Source: Balanoglossus misakiensis (taxonomy: Eukaryota > Animalia > Hemichordata). Taken from it: a DNA stretch of 64,000 bases. The translations under genes and the position numbers were made by a program. Below, piece by piece: positions 13,263 through 25,306 of the stretch. Numbering within the stretch: position 1 is the first letter of the stretch; every line of letters begins with the position of its first letter. Location of the stretch: positions 12,210,415 through 12,274,414 of the forward strand of contig CM082582.2 of NCBI GenBank assembly GCA_040954595.2, read 5' to 3'. The notes beneath the pieces were generated by a model, which did no database searches, had not been told where the DNA came from, and worked only from the letters and a program-made list of their open reading frames with translations.

Positions 13263-14961
13263 ATGGTAAGTTTAGCTACAAATAATTCTCAGACATTTCT
13301 TCTTCATCCTCGTAGACTTATTTCTGTTGGGATGTGACATTACCGCAAGTTATTTAATCGCAAACTATCGTGACTTGGAATGCTTTGTCAAAACATTGTA
13401 CAATGGCTTCTCTTTGCAACGTTGTGATCATGTTTTCAGACCTGAACTCGTACTTACATGTATCCCAGCGGTCTAATGGCATTTTAGATCAACGAATATG
13501 GTTGCAGAAGCGACCTGGTATGCACCGATCGTCTTCAAAATGTTGAGTCACAGACCAGGGAGCTATAGACCCCTGGAGTAGACAGGTGATCCTCTGCTGT
13601 TTTGCTGATCATAATTTATAAAAGTACAATGTTTGTAGTATTCTTGTGGGCTTACCAGTTTAACTTCTCTTTCAGACGGTCGGAAAGAGCTCCAAGATGC
13701 TCCAACACATCAACTATAGGATGCGGATAACCATCCAAGATGGTCGTGTCTTCATAGGAACTTTTCTAGCGTTTGACAAACACATGAACCTCATTCTTGG
13801 AGACTGTGAAGAGTTCAGAAAGATACGACCAAAGAACACAAGGCAGCCAGAAAGAGAAGAAAAGAGAGTTCTTGGACTTGTTTTACTCAGGGGAGAGCAT
13901 TTAGTTTCAATGACAGTAGAGGGGCCACCTCCAGCAAGCGTAAGTGAAGTGTTGGATTCTTAGGCAGTCGTTTCTTGACTAGAGTTCCAACTTGCCATAG
14001 AAATCAATAGGTTTAGACAAAACAATGGTGGTGAAAGGGTTAATGAATTTCTCTGAAAGGACATATAGAGAGACCAACAGTAATGCCAATTTTTTCTCAT
14101 TTCAGGAGGGTTTACCAAGAGTACCAATCCCAGGGTCAGCTGGTGGTCCTGGCATAGGACGTGCAGCAGGCAGAGGAGTACCTACGGCTCCAACAGGGCA
14201 GGCACCAGCCGGTTTGACAGGACCAGTCCGAGGCGTTGGAGGTCCATCACAACAAGTTATGACTCCACAGGGCAGAGGAGCAGCAGTTTGTAAGTATTCT
14301 CATAGTAACTCGACTCTGCCATAAGAAAGGATTTAGTGTTATGTACTAAATCAGTTCTTTGGTTAGAAGTTTTTGTGATTTGTCAGTGATGGTTGTCAGT
14401 GGAACCATAACTGATCTGATAAATTGTTTTTATTTTCTTTTATAGCTGCACCACCACAACAGTATCCACCACCAAGACCAGGTGGACCACCGCCGAGACA
14501 AGGAGGTAAGTGACACATTCTTTGAACCAGTGGCACTTGGTGTGTACACAAACCTATGACAAAAATGGAGATAATAATGCTTAGATATTCAGATTACTTA
14601 TAAAACTGAAAATGTGTTTTCTGAATTAAGTGTTGTTGTATTTTATTGCAGGACCAGTAGGGGGAATGATGGGAAGGGGTATGCCACCACAGATGATGGG
14701 CCCACCACCTGGGATGAGACCTGGAATGGGTCCACCAATGAGAGGACCACCAATGGGTGGAAGCAGAATGCCACCACAAATGATGAGAGGTAAGATGTCC
14801 AGCACTTTAGTCTGTTATTATTTTGCTCGAGTGTAATCCAGACGGCAAATTAATCAGCCAGTTTTGTCATATATTTTTTGTTTTAATATTAATTCACAAT
14901 CTCTTCCATTTGTTTTGTAGGACCGCCGCCTGGAATGAGACCACCTGGACCCAGATCATAG
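13263..14961 (+). CDS. SNRPB: Small nuclear ribonucleoprotein SmB/B'
   Basis: Exons 13263-13265 (ATG only), 13676-13939, 14106-14289, 14446-14505, 14652-14789 and 14921-14961. [18 protein letters not shown]...[16 protein letters not shown] Sm fold, followed by a PPPGMRPP tail. Confidence 0.97.
13984..14043 (+). mobile_element. Partial copy of TTAA-flanked MITE (SNRPB intron 2)
   Basis: Ends ...aatggtggtgaaagggTTAA and aligns with the right half of the 19203-19294 element. Confidence 0.6.
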
Positions 14962-16151
14962 AAATTCACAAGATACTATCGTACTGTAAATACTTGGGTT
15001 TCAACATTTTTAAATCTCAATTTCCTGGCGTTGAAGACTCATTCTTGGCAGACAGAACAACGTTGCGTTTTGTGAACAGGAAACCACTGGTATATATTGC
15101 TCTGTCTGCCATGATAGAAGTGTCAGCTAGTCAAACAACATTTCATATTTGTGTGTACATTGGACCGAGTGTATTCCATTCTTTATCATGAAAAAAAGAC
15201 CATTTTGTTGATGTAGCCACTTTTGTCTGTTATACAGAGAACACTTATTTATGTTTTCAACCAGAATTCATGGCCTACAGATTCTGCATTATTTTGACAC
15301 TGCAAGATTCTTGAAAGACTTTGGCCTAATTCTTGATGAGGAGGGTCGGGGGGTTAGAAGAAAAACTTGTATTTTATCCTGCCAAGCTCTTTGCTCCCAG
15401 CCACTCTGCCTCACAAAATTAGAAGCCTGGTTTGTCTTGTAAACAATGGTGTTTTTAGATTTTTGATGTTGTTGTTTTTTTTTTTGGGGGGGGGGGGGGG
15501 TGATATTAAATAAAGTGGTGTTGAATACAGCAATTGGTACGTCACAGTAATGACAACTGCACAATATGACATGAAAAGGTACTGCACGGATTGTTAGATT
15601 GTCCAGTTGTTATTTTAGATTTGATTTGAAAAAAAAATTGATCAGAAAGATCAGATACATACATGATAATAGTCATTTGGCCAACTATAGTCTTTACTGT
15701 AATTTTTTTTACTCCCTGATGTAAAGCTGCCATTTTTTGTTTCAAATAAAAAGTCATTTTTACACAAATGAGTTGTGGGATGATTTGTAAGATTCTGTGT
15801 ATAGCACATGCTTTGGAAATGTCAAACTTGTCAACTCTAGTCAAACAAGTGCATGAATGCAATACAATCTAACAATAGGTCACCTGAGGTAATGAAAATT
15901 GCCCAAAATGGAAAATGAGGAGACTGAAAAAATAAAGGGAGCGTGGTCTTTTTATTGACCATAATAAGTGGAAGTTGAAAATTTTCTCAAAGTTCTAGCA
16001 TTTGATCACTGAGTAGAATTATTGTAGTCATCTTCGTCTGCCATGAATATTTCAGGCAGGCCCTACAGTTGTATCTATCGTCATCCTGTTTGAATCTTGT
16101 TTTCTCTGCCTGTAAATGATGCCATGAGAAACTTCAGAACACCACTATGAA

Positions 16152-16430
16152 TCAGTGGGTTTTGATTTCCATTTCCCAACAACTGAACGGATATCCTTCT
16201 CTGTGCGTGTCGTCGTTTGTCAAGTAAAGTCTCATCGTTGTCCTCGACTTGTGGCTGGTATCCGCACAGTCTCCGAACTGCATTCTTCTCAACAAGTTCA
16301 TCTGTTTGGTCCACCATCTTGGTTTTCCGCTTGTGCTCATCCTAGCTGTGTGTCTTTTGCGTGGTGTGGACAGAAATGAAGCCATCACACTGCTGTGTAT
16401 CTTCACTACTTCCGTTTTTTCTTTGAGCAT
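16152..16430 (-). CDS. Candidate 92-aa micro-protein with H3-tail-like motif (PRKRHTARMSTSGKPR)
   Basis: ATG in AAAATG context 9 nt after an acceptor (cttgctcAG at 16441-16440). An upstream donor GTAAGT starts at 16702, and a minus-strand AATAAA lies at 15956-15951. No known family recognised. Confidence 0.45.
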   Translation of the reverse strand: MLKEKTEVVKIHSSVMASFLSTPRKRHTARMSTSGKPRWWTKQMNLLRRMQFGDCADTSHKSRTTMRLYLTNDDTHREGYPFSCWEMEIKTH

Positions 16431-17470
16431 TTTTAAAACCTGAGCAAGTGATCGACAGAAAATACTTTTGTGGCTTCAAGACAGACAAATTATTAATATC
16501 GTGCAATCCTTTCCCTTCTCTAGCTCTCAGGTCGTCTGTTTTCTCAGTGATACCAACTTAGAACATGCGCTTATCTTTTTACCGTCTTTACTGTTTCTTG
16601 CCACTGTATGCGCATGTTGCAACAAGTGCTTGTGTCTTTCACTTCAATTATCAGATCAGAAATAGTTGATACAGAAAAAAACAACTACACCAACCAACTT
16701 ACCACAGTGTTCAATCATACACCGGTTTTCTTCATTTTTTGCAGGTTACTTTGCGGTACGCAGACAAACGCGCAATTTACATCATCCCGACAAAGAACGC
16801 GCCTGTATGGAACTTTCGATCGTTCCATGGGCATTATCTCCGAAACCCATTCAGATAGATCATCGGTAGAACAGATATTGTTGGATCGAATCAAACTAAA
16901 TGTGCCTAAACATGATTGAATTTACCTTCAGAGATATCAATAATACGCTACTATTTTTAAGGACTACAAAAATCTACTTTGAACCCCCGATTCTATTAAA
17001 ACGAAAACTTTTGTTTCTGTATCCTATAAGATTGTAGGCCCTATTACATGTACTAGTATTATCTTTCACTCTTTGTACCAATTTCCAAAAGATGTCTATA
17101 GTCCTGCCATCTCCTGCCCGAACGAAAATTTGGCGTTGGATCGCCTTGTTTTGTTACAAAACAGAATTTAAATGTTAGTACATGTGAACCTGTCTAACGC
17201 GTACGCGTCGGCGATGTACAGCGCCGCTAACGGCGCATAACAGAAACACAAAGACGCCATTTTAGTTTGTTGATTGTTCTTGGGGGAACTCATTCGATTG
17301 TGAATCAGTCGCCATCCGCTGAAGACAGGATCTGCTTTTAATTGTGTATATTCTGTAAGATAGGACAGGACTCTTTGTTACGACAGGGACGTTTTTATTC
17401 TTATATCTTTGTGTTTAAGTAGTTTTAGGGGGTATTTCTTAACGCTCACCCTGTAGTAGACAAATCCAAG

Positions 17471-19387
17471 ATGGCAGCGAATGGCGACGACAGCTATTTA
17501 GAACACGAAGCAGATCAGGACCCCGTCACACTGACAGATGATTCAGTGGGAGTCGATCTTGGAGAACATGACATTTCGCAAGAAGAAGAAGGAGCCGCTG
17601 GAGCAGACAACGGTGTGGAGGACCCAGTATGTGAGATCATTTCAATTCGTTACATGTATGGAAATGTTTGGAGCAGAGAATGTTGGCCCTGCCTGGAATG
17701 TTTATAACATTTATATCATGGTGGTTGGGGTGTCGTCCTCTAGAAAGATGCCACTCTTTGGGGTTATAAATATTCATGCTTTGACGATTGTCTCATTTGT
17801 TCTAAATTTTCAACTACAGTACCACTACCAGTCAGTTTTTACTAGGTCAAGGTGCTGGTAAACTGGGTCATGGTGACCGTGACCCAGTTACAACTGAATG
17901 ATGGAATAAATTTGACCGAATTTTTCCTGTCAGGAATTGGAAGCGATCAAAGCTCGAGTGCGGGAAATGGAAGAAGAGGCGATCAAACTGAAAGAAATGC
18001 AGAATGAAGTTGAAAAACAAATGAATATGAGCAGTCCACCAGGGGCACTGACTTCGCCAACCTCCCTTGAAGATAAAGTGGAAGTCGATGCAAGATCGGT
18101 TTATGTTGGAAATGTAAGCACAGTTACCTCATACATCCTGCATATGCTGTTAAAGTATGTTGTTTTGTGTAACTTTGGTGCATCTTATGACTTCTTGGTT
18201 TTTTTTTTCCCCTGAACAGGTTGATTACACCGCTACTGCAGAGGAACTGGAGGCTCATTTTCACGGTTGTGGATCTGTGAACAGGGTTACCATTCTTTGT
18301 GACAAATTCACTGGCCATCCTAAAGGGTTTGTTGTAAAAGTCAAGTTAGGCCAATGGCACCTTGACAGTACTTCTTCAATACTCAGTTTAGATCAGGCTT
18401 TTGTACAATCTCTGTAGACAGAAAGTTCGTAAGGAATTCTCCTCAAATGCATAAATCAAAGAAATAACCCGAAGGTGTAAATTTCATTGGTTGCCTCTGA
18501 GCACAAGATTTGGACGAGAGTCTATAGCAGTTGTTCAGATGTAGAGACAGGTGGCAGCAAAAAAAAAATGCAAAGAACATGCAAAGTTAAGAATACCAAA
18601 TTACCTGTCATTCAATTTCCATGTAAATATAACCCCTGTAGGTTTGCATACATTGAGTTTACGGACAAGGATTCTGTACAGACGGCCATGGCATTGGACG
18701 ACTCATTGTTTAAAGGCAGACAAATAAAGGTTTGTACACATGCATCGTTTCATTTTAACTTTTAATTTGGCTTAGGTTGTAGATTAAGTTTTCTAACCCT
18801 GTGGTTTCTTATACTTGTTCATTTCACTTTCAGTGTCTTCCAAAGCGCACAAACAGACCAGGTATTAGTTCTACAAACAGACCACCGAGGGGGTCACGTG
18901 GTGGTGGTGGTGGTGGTGGCGGCGGGGGTGGATTTCGTCGTGGTTACAGAGCACCGTTCAATATGCAATACTACAGTGGTTATGTACCAAGGCCGAGGGC
19001 ACCGAGATACAGGTAGGTTCATCGACCTCATTGACAAAGTTACATAGTAATCATTGGATTTACTCTGCTGTCAATCAAATCCTTCATGGTGAAGTCTTCA
19101 TTACTCTCCATGAATGACTTGCATGGCAATTGCATCGAGAACCGACAGACAGATGTTTGTAAACAATGTAAAAGCCAAAAGCCAGTATTTACAGTTTGAT
19201 CATTAACCCTTTCACCCCCAATTCCCTGTGTAAAAGTCCAGCATGCTATTGAAAACAATGGCGATGGACCACACCATGGTGGTGAAAGGGTTAAATATGC
19301 ATACTGGAAATGACAGGAGATGCCGTTGACATGTGTGTTTGCTTTATTCACAGGAGCCGTAGAGCTGTGTATTACTCACCATATTAA
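17471..19387 (+). CDS. PABPN1: Nuclear poly(A)-binding protein 1
   Basis: Exons 17471-17626, 17934-18113, 18220-18326, 18642-18729, 18834-19012 and 19354-19387. Coiled coil [28 protein letters not shown]...[21 protein letters not shown]-terminal YSPY*. Confidence 0.97.
19203..19294. mobile_element. 92-bp MITE, piggyBac-like (TTAA ends, CCCTTTCACC terminal inverted repeats)
   Basis: TTAAccctttcacc...ggtgaaagggTTAA is a perfect 14-bp inverted repeat including the TTAA. Related copies at ~13984-14043 and ~46142-46234. Confidence 0.75.
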
Positions 19388-21016
19388 AAGAAAAGCCAGT
19401 AAGATTGCCCTTAAAGGATCCCTTAAAAACCTTTTTGGGGATGAGGATTAAAAATGGAAAAAAAAGAACATGCCAAAAAAAGACTGATGTGCAGATACTC
19501 AACACTCGTACAAAAAAGGGCAGTCTTTGAATGTCCATTCGAAGTTGTCCAGTAGGAGAAACCATATAATGTATTGTGTTTTGTAAACTGTTCATTGTTT
19601 GCCTTATAAGTATAAAGAAAAAATGTTGAACTCTGTAGCTCTTATGTCGTGGCCATATTCAAAACTGCTGTGCAGTCTTGCAGTGCAGGCCTATCTCGAG
19701 TATCAGATCTGAACATTTATATGTGTCCCTGATTAGTTCAGTTTCACCTCCAAGTTCCATCACATGCAGATATGAAAAATGCATCATTGCGTTCATTTTT
19801 ATGGGTAAATTGTATTAACTTCAGTTTGGCACACACACTGTTTTTATGATCAGTGGAGGGCAGTTTTTTTTAACCAGTCTTATTAAAACCAAATGTAGGC
19901 TGAAAATCCACACTTTGATAAATTTCTCAATGTGCAACCACCAGTTTCATATTCATTAATTTATTGGTTTATATTTTCATGACATTGAACTGCAGCCATC
20001 CAAGATGTGTAATGGCTGACTTTACCAACATCTTTTTTTTTGGCCATACAAAGCATAAATGTTTGACCTTGGCATTGCATACCCCAGTGTGTGTATAAAT
20101 TTGGCTCCCCAACTGAATATTGACAAATTGATTGGGACCATCCATATTTGGTTTTGTCTTTTGGCTGAGGTGCCAACAGTGTTTTACTTCTTGTGGTGGT
20201 CTTGTGGTTTTGTCTTCTCTCTTTCAGAACCTGGTATGGCACGGACCTAGCCATTTCTACCGTCTTCGAGGTGGAAAACCATCCAGAAGATCATAGAAAA
20301 AAAAGTTTAAAAAAAATTGCGTGGGCATTTCCCTTTTAGGTTTGATGGATAAAAAAAGAAAAAAAAGGCCATGTAAAAAATAAAATGGGGTGGGGAAAGT
20401 CCCAATCAAAAGGGGAAAAAAGAAAAAAATACGAGAGAAAAAAAGATAAAAGGAATTGGGAGAAAAAAAAGCGTTCATATGTATTACATTTTTAAAAATA
20501 GAAGTTAATAAAGTCCTTTAAAACATATAAATTGTCTGGTGTGGTTGTTTTGTGTCTGGAATGAGTGAATGATTGTAACAACATTCGGGTGTGTGTACTT
20601 AGATCATTTGACTACCCCGACTGATATTGCAAGGGAATAATAATGGATTGTGTTTTGTGAGGGGATGAAATATCTTCATATGAAAAGCAGTTGCACCATC
20701 GCTTCCCTACAATGATTGACAGACAGGGCATGACTTGCCATGTGTATATCCCATGATCCAGAAATATAGGTGAAATCTGTATTTACAGGTTGACAGGACA
20801 CTACCGGTAGTTGCCATCTTAACACAGTTATACTCTTTGAAATAAAATCTGCACTGTCTGTAGCCGATTGCATTTGCAAGGACAATGTATCCAATTTCAA
20901 AAGTCTGAAGTTTCAGTGTCTTATTCCCGGTCTTGATCAGGATTCAAAGATTTGCACCCATCTTCATTCTTGATCTGAATAGGGGACACTGAAGACTGTA
21001 CTTCATGAAATCTGTT

Positions 21017-22084
21017 TTACAACAAGACTTCAGACACCATCATGTTTGATACCACTTTTTCAAAAGTCCTGCAATAAACAAAACGTTTTGTTACTACTGG
21101 ACTCCCTTCAAAAATTCCAGATCCATCTATCTTTGATCATGTGTACTGACTTTGAGAGACAATTCATTCAGACAGAATGTTCAGAGGAATTTACTGATAT
21201 TGTGTCTACAGATAAATAAAACAAGCACTTACTTTGACTTTACTGTTTCTCCTGGCGTATAAAATGGATTGCACAACATTTCTGTGTAAGCATTATGAAG
21301 TTTTCGGAACATCTAGACAAAAATGTAAAAAGAGATATTAAAAAAATAAAGACCAATCATATAGTAAGTAATCCATCGATATCTTTGATTTTATAAAAAA
21401 ACTTACACAAGATCCCTGAGTAAAAAATATACTTACACTTCTGATTTCATTGTCTCTGAGTGTTGCATTGGACGTTTCAACAACTATAACAAATTTAACC
21501 TTTGTATTGGTCACATAGCCATATCTATCATATTCAGTCAAGGAAATTATACCATTGTCGTTATACGTTAAATTTACCAATGCACAAGTATAGTCTACCG
21601 TTGGCAGTGATGCCTGAGGTTAAATGTTAATAGCCAAGGCTGGATATGTGCCTCAGACCAGACACCACCTTATAAGACTGTTGGCAAGGATACACCTTAT
21701 AGTCCTCGGTTGGGTACAGCAATCCAAGATACAACTCTCTCAGGTCATTGACACTCTTGCTGACTGATGACACTTTTTCTTCCACTACATCCAGACATGT
21801 ATGCACTGTGTAATGAAACTTCAATTCATTCTCTGTGGGTATAGTCTTGATGTACAGTGGATAGTTCTACACGTGGTGTAAATATAGCAGAAGAAAAATG
21901 GTAAAACTATCAGATTGTATACAGTTCATACTGTATGTACATATCATCCCACTGGCTTAGCTCTGCGTGGCAGGGCTGTGTGTGTTGCATTATAAAACCT
22001 CACTCTCCAAGCATGACAGAACACGACCACAGTCTATTTTGACAAACCCACCTCTTTAGCTATAACTGCAACGCACACTGCCAT
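21017..22084 (-). CDS. TRAPPC2L: Trafficking protein particle complex subunit 2-like
   Basis: Exons 22084-22052, 21866-21694, 21524-21437, 21312-21233 and 21068-21017. [17 protein letters not shown]...[30 protein letters not shown]...[18 protein letters not shown]. Confidence 0.96.
21525..21693 (-). other. U12-type (minor spliceosome) GT-AG intron in TRAPPC2L
   Basis: 5' site GTATCCTT, branch site TTCCTTGAC about 12 nt before the AG, and no polypyrimidine tract. Splicing restores EDYKV-YGY. Confidence 0.9.
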
Positions 22085-22429
22085 CGTTTGAAGCAGACAA
22101 GCGTCCAACACCCAGAGATATGGACTAGTCTGGCAGTGCTAACAGAGGAGGACACAATGTCCGAAACCAACACAGATCAGAAATCAGCAAAGGGCTTTCC
22201 CATCCTCGTTTTCACCAAAATTATTTGCACAGATTATAACGTGGAAAATAGACATTTAATGCAACAAAATGAAACTCAGGACTATACAATATATATTTAT
22301 TGTATATTTTCGATTTATAATGATGTTACTTCTCGTAGATATGAAAATAAGTAGTAAAACTCAGTACACACAGTAGACTCTGAGAACGAGCCTAACATAT
22401 CCCAGGAGGCTTTGCGGTAAACACTGAAA
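22085..22429. promoter_or_regulatory. Bidirectional promoter TRAPPC2L/GALNS with ZNF143(SBS)-like motif
   Basis: 345 bp between divergent ATGs. ctaacatatCCCAGGAGGCTTTGCG at 22392-22416 resembles the ZNF143/Staf site. Confidence 0.55.
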
Positions 22430-25306
22430 ATGGCGTTCCCAGTCGTCTGCTACCGAATTACTCTATCGTTCATATTGTTGTTTAGCGCATACCAAGCTAC
22501 ATGCAATGGAACAAGAACTCCTAATATCATAATTATGCTCATGGATGATGTAAGTATTCATGGTATGGTTTGGTAGTTTCTGCCACTTTCCCTTTTGTTG
22601 TACCCTCGCCATTTCAGTTCTGCACTTCCGGGTTTCTTCATGTAAAAAGGGGGCGTGTCATCCCCTGAAGCATTAGAGTGTAGTTGGAATGGCTTGTTTT
22701 ATGTGGCGTGAACTAGAGTGATGATAAACTTGAATAAAGAGTATTTCCCTCTCAAATGAAGTGAAATGTTGATGCTTCGTCCTTTTGAATACCAATAAAT
22801 GCTAAAAACTTTTTCTTGTGTTACATACCCAGATGGGTTGGGGTGACCTTGGTGTGTTTGGCAACCCTGCGAAGGAAACACCCAACCTCGATAGAATGGC
22901 AGCAGAAGGAGCTCAGCTGATGGATTTCTATGCCCCAAACCCACTCTGCTCACCATGTACGTACAAGAGTTTGTGAAGTATATGTAAATCATTTTTAAGC
23001 GAAACACACTGTCACTTCTTCAATACTCATGAGCAGTATTTGATGTTCTATATCTTTGTGGTTTTCTGTTCTATCACAGCCAGGGCATCATTGTTAACTG
23101 GTCGTCTTCCAATAAGAAATGGCTTTTACACAACTAGTTATCATGCCCGGTCTTCATACACACCCCAGAACATTGTTGGTGGCATACCAGATTCTGAGAT
23201 ATTGATACCAGAAGAGCTTCATAAAGCTGGCTACAGAAGTAAAATTGTGGGGAAATGGTGAGATTTTTTAATCATCCTGAAATCAGGTGAATTTCTGGCT
23301 AAGTACAGAAGTAAAACCATAAACTGTGTCTACTTTGATAAAGGTGTACATGTCTGATGCGAAGTTTCTCGTACACTGGAGGGTTCATACAGTAATTCAA
23401 TTATATCTGCAGGCATCTTGGGCACAGACCACAGTATCTTCCACTTAAACATGGATTTGATGAATACTTTGGTGCCCCTAACTGCCACTTTGGTCCATAT
23501 GATGACATCAAGACACCGAACATTCCAGTGTACAGAGATGCAGAAATGGTCGGTAGATACTATGAAGAGTATACAATAAATAGAAAGACTGGGGAATCTA
23601 ATCTGACTCAGTTATACATTCAGGTGAGTCTTAAATTGGCAGGTTGGAAGGCAGTCTGTTAAATTGACACATTACGTGAGAGGTTAATTGTTGAATTGAC
23701 TGAATATTCATATTTACTAATGACCATTTATTCATTGACAGGAAGCATTGACATTTATTGAGAAAGAAAACAAAGCAGGTCTTCCATTCTTCCTGTACTG
23801 GGCTCCGGATTCAACACACGGACCACACTATGCATCCAAGCAGTTCCTTGGGAAAAGTCAGAGGCAACTGTACGGAGATGCTGTGATGGAACTGGACTTT
23901 GGAGTTGGTCAGATCCTGGATAAGTTGAGGAATCTCCACATTGATAACAACACGTTTGTGTTCTTCTCATCAGATAATGGGGCTGCTTTGTCTGAAGGTG
24001 TTACAGGTGAAAAGTTGACTGTTCTTAGCATCATGCATGAGATCTTGGTGTGCAATGCATGAAAGTTTTGTACAAAGGTATACTCATCATTGCTCAAAAT
24101 GAATTGTTTGTCTGTTTCTGACACAAAGTTAATTTTTTTTTCATTTCCTAAATTCAGCTGGTTCAAATGGTCCATTCTTGTGTGGTAAACACACAACCTT
24201 TGAAGGTGGAATGAGAGAGCCTGCTATTGCTTGGTGGCCTGGAAAAATTAAACCCGGAAAGGTTAGTTGACATCATGAGTTGAATGAGAGTACATTAAAT
24301 GATGAAGTTTATTGTGGTCATTCCATTGTAAATATTCTGTTATCATGTTCTGTCTTTGATTTTAGATCATCCATCAACTGGGTTCACTAATGGACCTCTT
24401 TGCAACATCTCTGGACATTGCTGGAATCCAAGCACCCATTGACAGAACACTGGATGGCACAAGTTTACTCCCTGCGTTGATAGAGGACAAAATTGATGCA
24501 AACAAAACTATCTTCTATTACCGTGGCAATGAAATAATGGCTGTAAGGCGTGGTTTGTACAAAGCCCATTTCTGGACATGGTCAGAAGGTATTCGTTCCT
24601 TGGTGAGTCTTTGGTGAACTGGTGTTTCTTAGGTCTCATTGAAATGTATGTCCTAATTTCTTCCATATTTCATATATACTTTGAAAGATATTTGATTTGT
24701 TCTGCTGTCTCATTTCAACAGAATAGAGAATACTGTCCTGGTTGGCAAGTAGAGGGTGTAACAACTCGGGATCTGACCAATCACACAGCCAATCCAGTTC
24801 TTTTCCACCTGGGGCAGGATCCAGGTGAAAAGTTTAAATTGAAGTAAGTCGCATGGTGTGCAGTTGCCAACCTATGAGTAGGCATAATTTTGTTTGAAAT
24901 TTCATCTACAGTTATAGTTTAAACATTTAAAAAGAACAATATTGTCGTTCCTTTTCAGTCCAAGAAGTGAAGAGTACAAAACTGGACTGTCATCTATAAT
25001 GGAGGCAGTCAGTGCACATAAGAAAACTATGATACCAGGCCAACCACAACTCAACATGTGTGATCAAAGTGTCATGGTAAGACATTTTGATATTTTATTA
25101 ACTCATATTTCTCTGTTGAGATGGTACGAGCCTCAGGGGCAGATTTTCTGAAATTTCACATTTTACTAATTTAACTTTGATGAGAATTAATTTGCTACTT
25201 TTTTACCATTCTCTTACAGAATTGGGCTCCAGCTGGATGCGAAAAACTTGGCAAATGTCTTCAAAGTCTGCCATCAAACCCTGTCAAATGTACATGGCCT
25301 GTATAA
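22430..25306 (+). CDS. GALNS: N-acetylgalactosamine-6-sulfatase paralog 1 (10 coding exons)
   Basis: Signal peptide, [17 protein letters not shown], formylglycine motif [13 protein letters not shown] (across a splice), [23 protein letters not shown], ending KCTWPV*. Confidence 0.92.

Noticed and set aside
14385-14420. Possible C/D snoRNA in an SNRPB intron (GTGATGG...CTGA)
   Set aside because: Imperfect C box and far too short between the boxes.
16155-16665. Hydrophobic plus-strand ORFs resembling a membrane protein
   Set aside because: Non-ATG starts and interrupted by stops; best explained as the antisense shadow of A-rich minus-strand sequence.
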